From a virus, in IMG/VR virus record IMGVR_UViG_3300036790_000219, positions 1-64,000 of that record: DNA of 64,000 nt; one strand, given 5' to 3'. The position numbers were made by a program, and so were the translations under genes. Numbering within the stretch: position 1 is the first letter of the stretch; every line of letters begins with the position of its first letter. Shown in pieces: positions 62,345 to 64,000 of the stretch. The notes below the pieces were generated by a model, which saw nothing but the letters and a program-made list of their open reading frames with translations, was not told where the DNA came from and ran no database searches.

Positions 62345-63535
62345 ATGAAACACGAACGTGACTTCCGCTCGGCTAGCGCATTCACGCCGCCCGAGCAGGT
62401 CCTGAACCGCCGTCGTTCTCTTGGACGGTTCCGGACCGTTGACATGTTGACTTTCGACAAGGGTTACACCTTTGACGAAGGGGGTAACATGCGCGGTAAG
62501 TCTCTGGGTCAGGCGTTCAAGACCCACGACGGCCGTACGATTGACTCCACGGGAGCTTTCCTTGTGGGCGAACTTGAGCGTCTCGATCTGACACTCCACG
62601 AGCCATTGGCTGCGGTCAGTTGGGGTCGCGACATTCAACTTCGTGAAGACGTTACGACGGCGGACGAGGTCTCCTCGTTCACGGTCTCGACGTACTACTC
62701 ACCAGGTTCGCTTGGTACTGGTCAGGGTGTTGGCAACGCCAAGTCCTGGATCGGTAAAGACACCAACCAAGTGACTCGTGTGTCGGTTGACATCGCAAAG
62801 GTCACTCAACCTCTCATCCCGTGGGGCAAGGAACTTGCCTATACGGTTCTTGAGCTTGAGTCCGCTGCGAAGCTCGGCCGTCCGGTGGACGAGCAGAAGT
62901 ACCGTGCACTCCAACTCGCCCATCAGATGGAAGTGGACGAAATGGTGTACTATGGTGACACCCCTGGTGCCTTCTACGGTCTGGTCAATTCGAACAACCG
63001 TACGTTCATCGACCAGGTCACGAACGTTTCCAACGTCGCCAACGGTGCGCAAGGTTCGCCACTTTGGACGCAGAAGACGCCTGCTGAGATTCTTCAGGAC
63101 TTCAATGAGGAACTGACCTCGGCATGGGCGGCTACGGGTTGGGCTATCCTGCCTGATTCCATTCTGCTGCCACCAGCGGATTTTGGTTACATTTCAACCC
63201 AGACCGTGTCTACGGCTGGTAACGTATCCATTCTGAACTACGTGCTTGAAAACAATATCACGGCACGGCAGGGTGGCGCAACGCTGGACATCAAGCCGGT
63301 CAAGTGGTGTTTGGGAACTGGCATAGGTGGTACGGTAGGGGTTGGTGCTGCGGGCCATGATCGTATGGTGGTGTACACCAACGATAAGGAGCGCGTTCGC
63401 TACCCGATGACTATGTTAAGCAAGACGCCTCTCCAATATGACTCGATTTGGCATCGCTCAACTTATTATGGCCGTCTTGGCGTTTTGGAGATCGTCTACC
63501 CCGAATGTATATGTTATAGGGATGGAATCAGCTAG
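62345..63535 (+). CDS. major capsid protein (DUF2184-type HK97 fold)
   Basis: GAFLVGELERLD; YTVLELESA; PDSILLPP; DRMVVY; GVLEIVYP. Confidence 0.92.
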   Translation: MKHERDFRSASAFTPPEQVLNRRRSLGRFRTVDMLTFDKGYTFDEGGNMRGKSLGQAFKTHDGRTIDSTGAFLVGELERLDLTLHEPLAAVSWGRDIQLREDVTTADEVSSFTVSTYYSPGSLGTGQGVGNAKSWIGKDTNQVTRVSVDIAKVTQPLIPWGKELAYTVLELESAAKLGRPVDEQKYRALQLAHQMEVDEMVYYGDTPGAFYGLVNSNNRTFIDQVTNVSNVANGAQGSPLWTQKTPAEILQDFNEELTSAWAATGWAILPDSILLPPADFGYISTQTVSTAGNVSILNYVLENNITARQGGATLDIKPVKWCLGTGIGGTVGVGAAGHDRMVVYTNDKERVRYPMTMLSKTPLQYDSIWHRSTYYGRLGVLEIVYPECICYRDGIS

Positions 63536-63555
63536 GAGACGGCTTATCCTAATCC

Positions 63556-63606
63556 TTGACCGTGTGCTTCTGTGAGGTTATACTCCGGTAAATTCTAACC
63601 GGAGTA
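63556..63606 (+). promoter_or_regulatory. sigma70-like promoter overlapping an RBS-sequestering hairpin
   Basis: TTGACC-17-TATACT; stem TACTCCGG/CCGGAGTA covering GGAG. Confidence 0.65.
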
Positions 63607-63610
63607 CTCT

Positions 63611-64000
63611 ATGCCTAAGCACACGATCTACGGCCTCTACGATCCGAGCGATCGGAAAAAGGAGGTTCGCTATGTTGGAGCAACTAAGTTCACGCCTGAG
63701 CAACGTTTAACTGATCACATCTCCGGTGCAGAAGCCGCAGACACTTATAAGAAGAAGTGGATCAGAAAACTGCTCAGGCAGAACTTGGTTCCTGCCATCC
63801 TAGTTCTTGAAGTCACAACGACGAGACACTGGAAGAAGCGGGAGAAGTATTGGATCGCCTACCTTCGTTCTAAAGGTAGCCGCCTAACGAACTCAACGGA
63901 AGGCGGGGAGGGCCTGGTCAACCCAACGAAAAATGTTCGGGCCAGGATTGCCAAGAAGGTTTCTGAGCTTCTTATTGGAAACCAACGCGCTACAGGAATG
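63611..64000 (+). CDS. GIY-YIG homing endonuclease (truncated by window end)
   Basis: IYGLYDP..VRYVGAT..RL..H..REKYWI..LTN. Confidence 0.82.
   Translation, partial: MPKHTIYGLYDPSDRKKEVRYVGATKFTPEQRLTDHISGAEAADTYKKKWIRKLLRQNLVPAILVLEVTTTRHWKKREKYWIAYLRSKGSRLTNSTEGGEGLVNPTKNVRARIAKKVSELLIGNQRATGM

Overview
This is a 64-kb, all-plus-strand segment of a large tailed dsDNA phage, very probably of an alphaproteobacterial (Hyphomicrobiales-like) host. Host evidence: a permuted two-piece tmRNA, tRNA-His without G-1 and with A73, and CtrA-, GcrA- and LdtR-like genes. Layout: (1) 1-8.6 kb is an RNA block with 39 tRNAs covering all 20 amino acids, a tmRNA, four Y RNAs, Ro60/Rsr, two HNH genes and several folded inter-tRNA spacers. 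(2) 8.7-31 kb is replication and recombination (primase, sigma-like protein, clamp, clamp loader, UDG-PolA, gp32-like SSB, RecA, Hjc, SbcCD) with a thymidine-hypermodification cassette embedded (amidoligase, radical SAM, FAD enzyme, amino-acid:DNA transferase, kinase, aGPT-Pplase1, dUMP hydroxymethylase). (3) 32-64 kb is a late region: NusG paralogue, terminase, portal, MuF, protease, scaffold, cement and major capsid, plus homing endonucleases, host-regulator mimics, small proteins sharing an N-terminal VHNHLP..T.D leader, and signal-peptide Ser/Thr-rich proteins around an O-antigen-ligase-like gene. The best candidates for undescribed biology are the base-modification enzyme combination, the Ro60/four-Y-RNA system, the capsid-cargo leader family, the export/glycosylation block and a tmRNA tag ending RRKY. 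All family calls come from motif recognition by eye; no database searches or folding programs were run.
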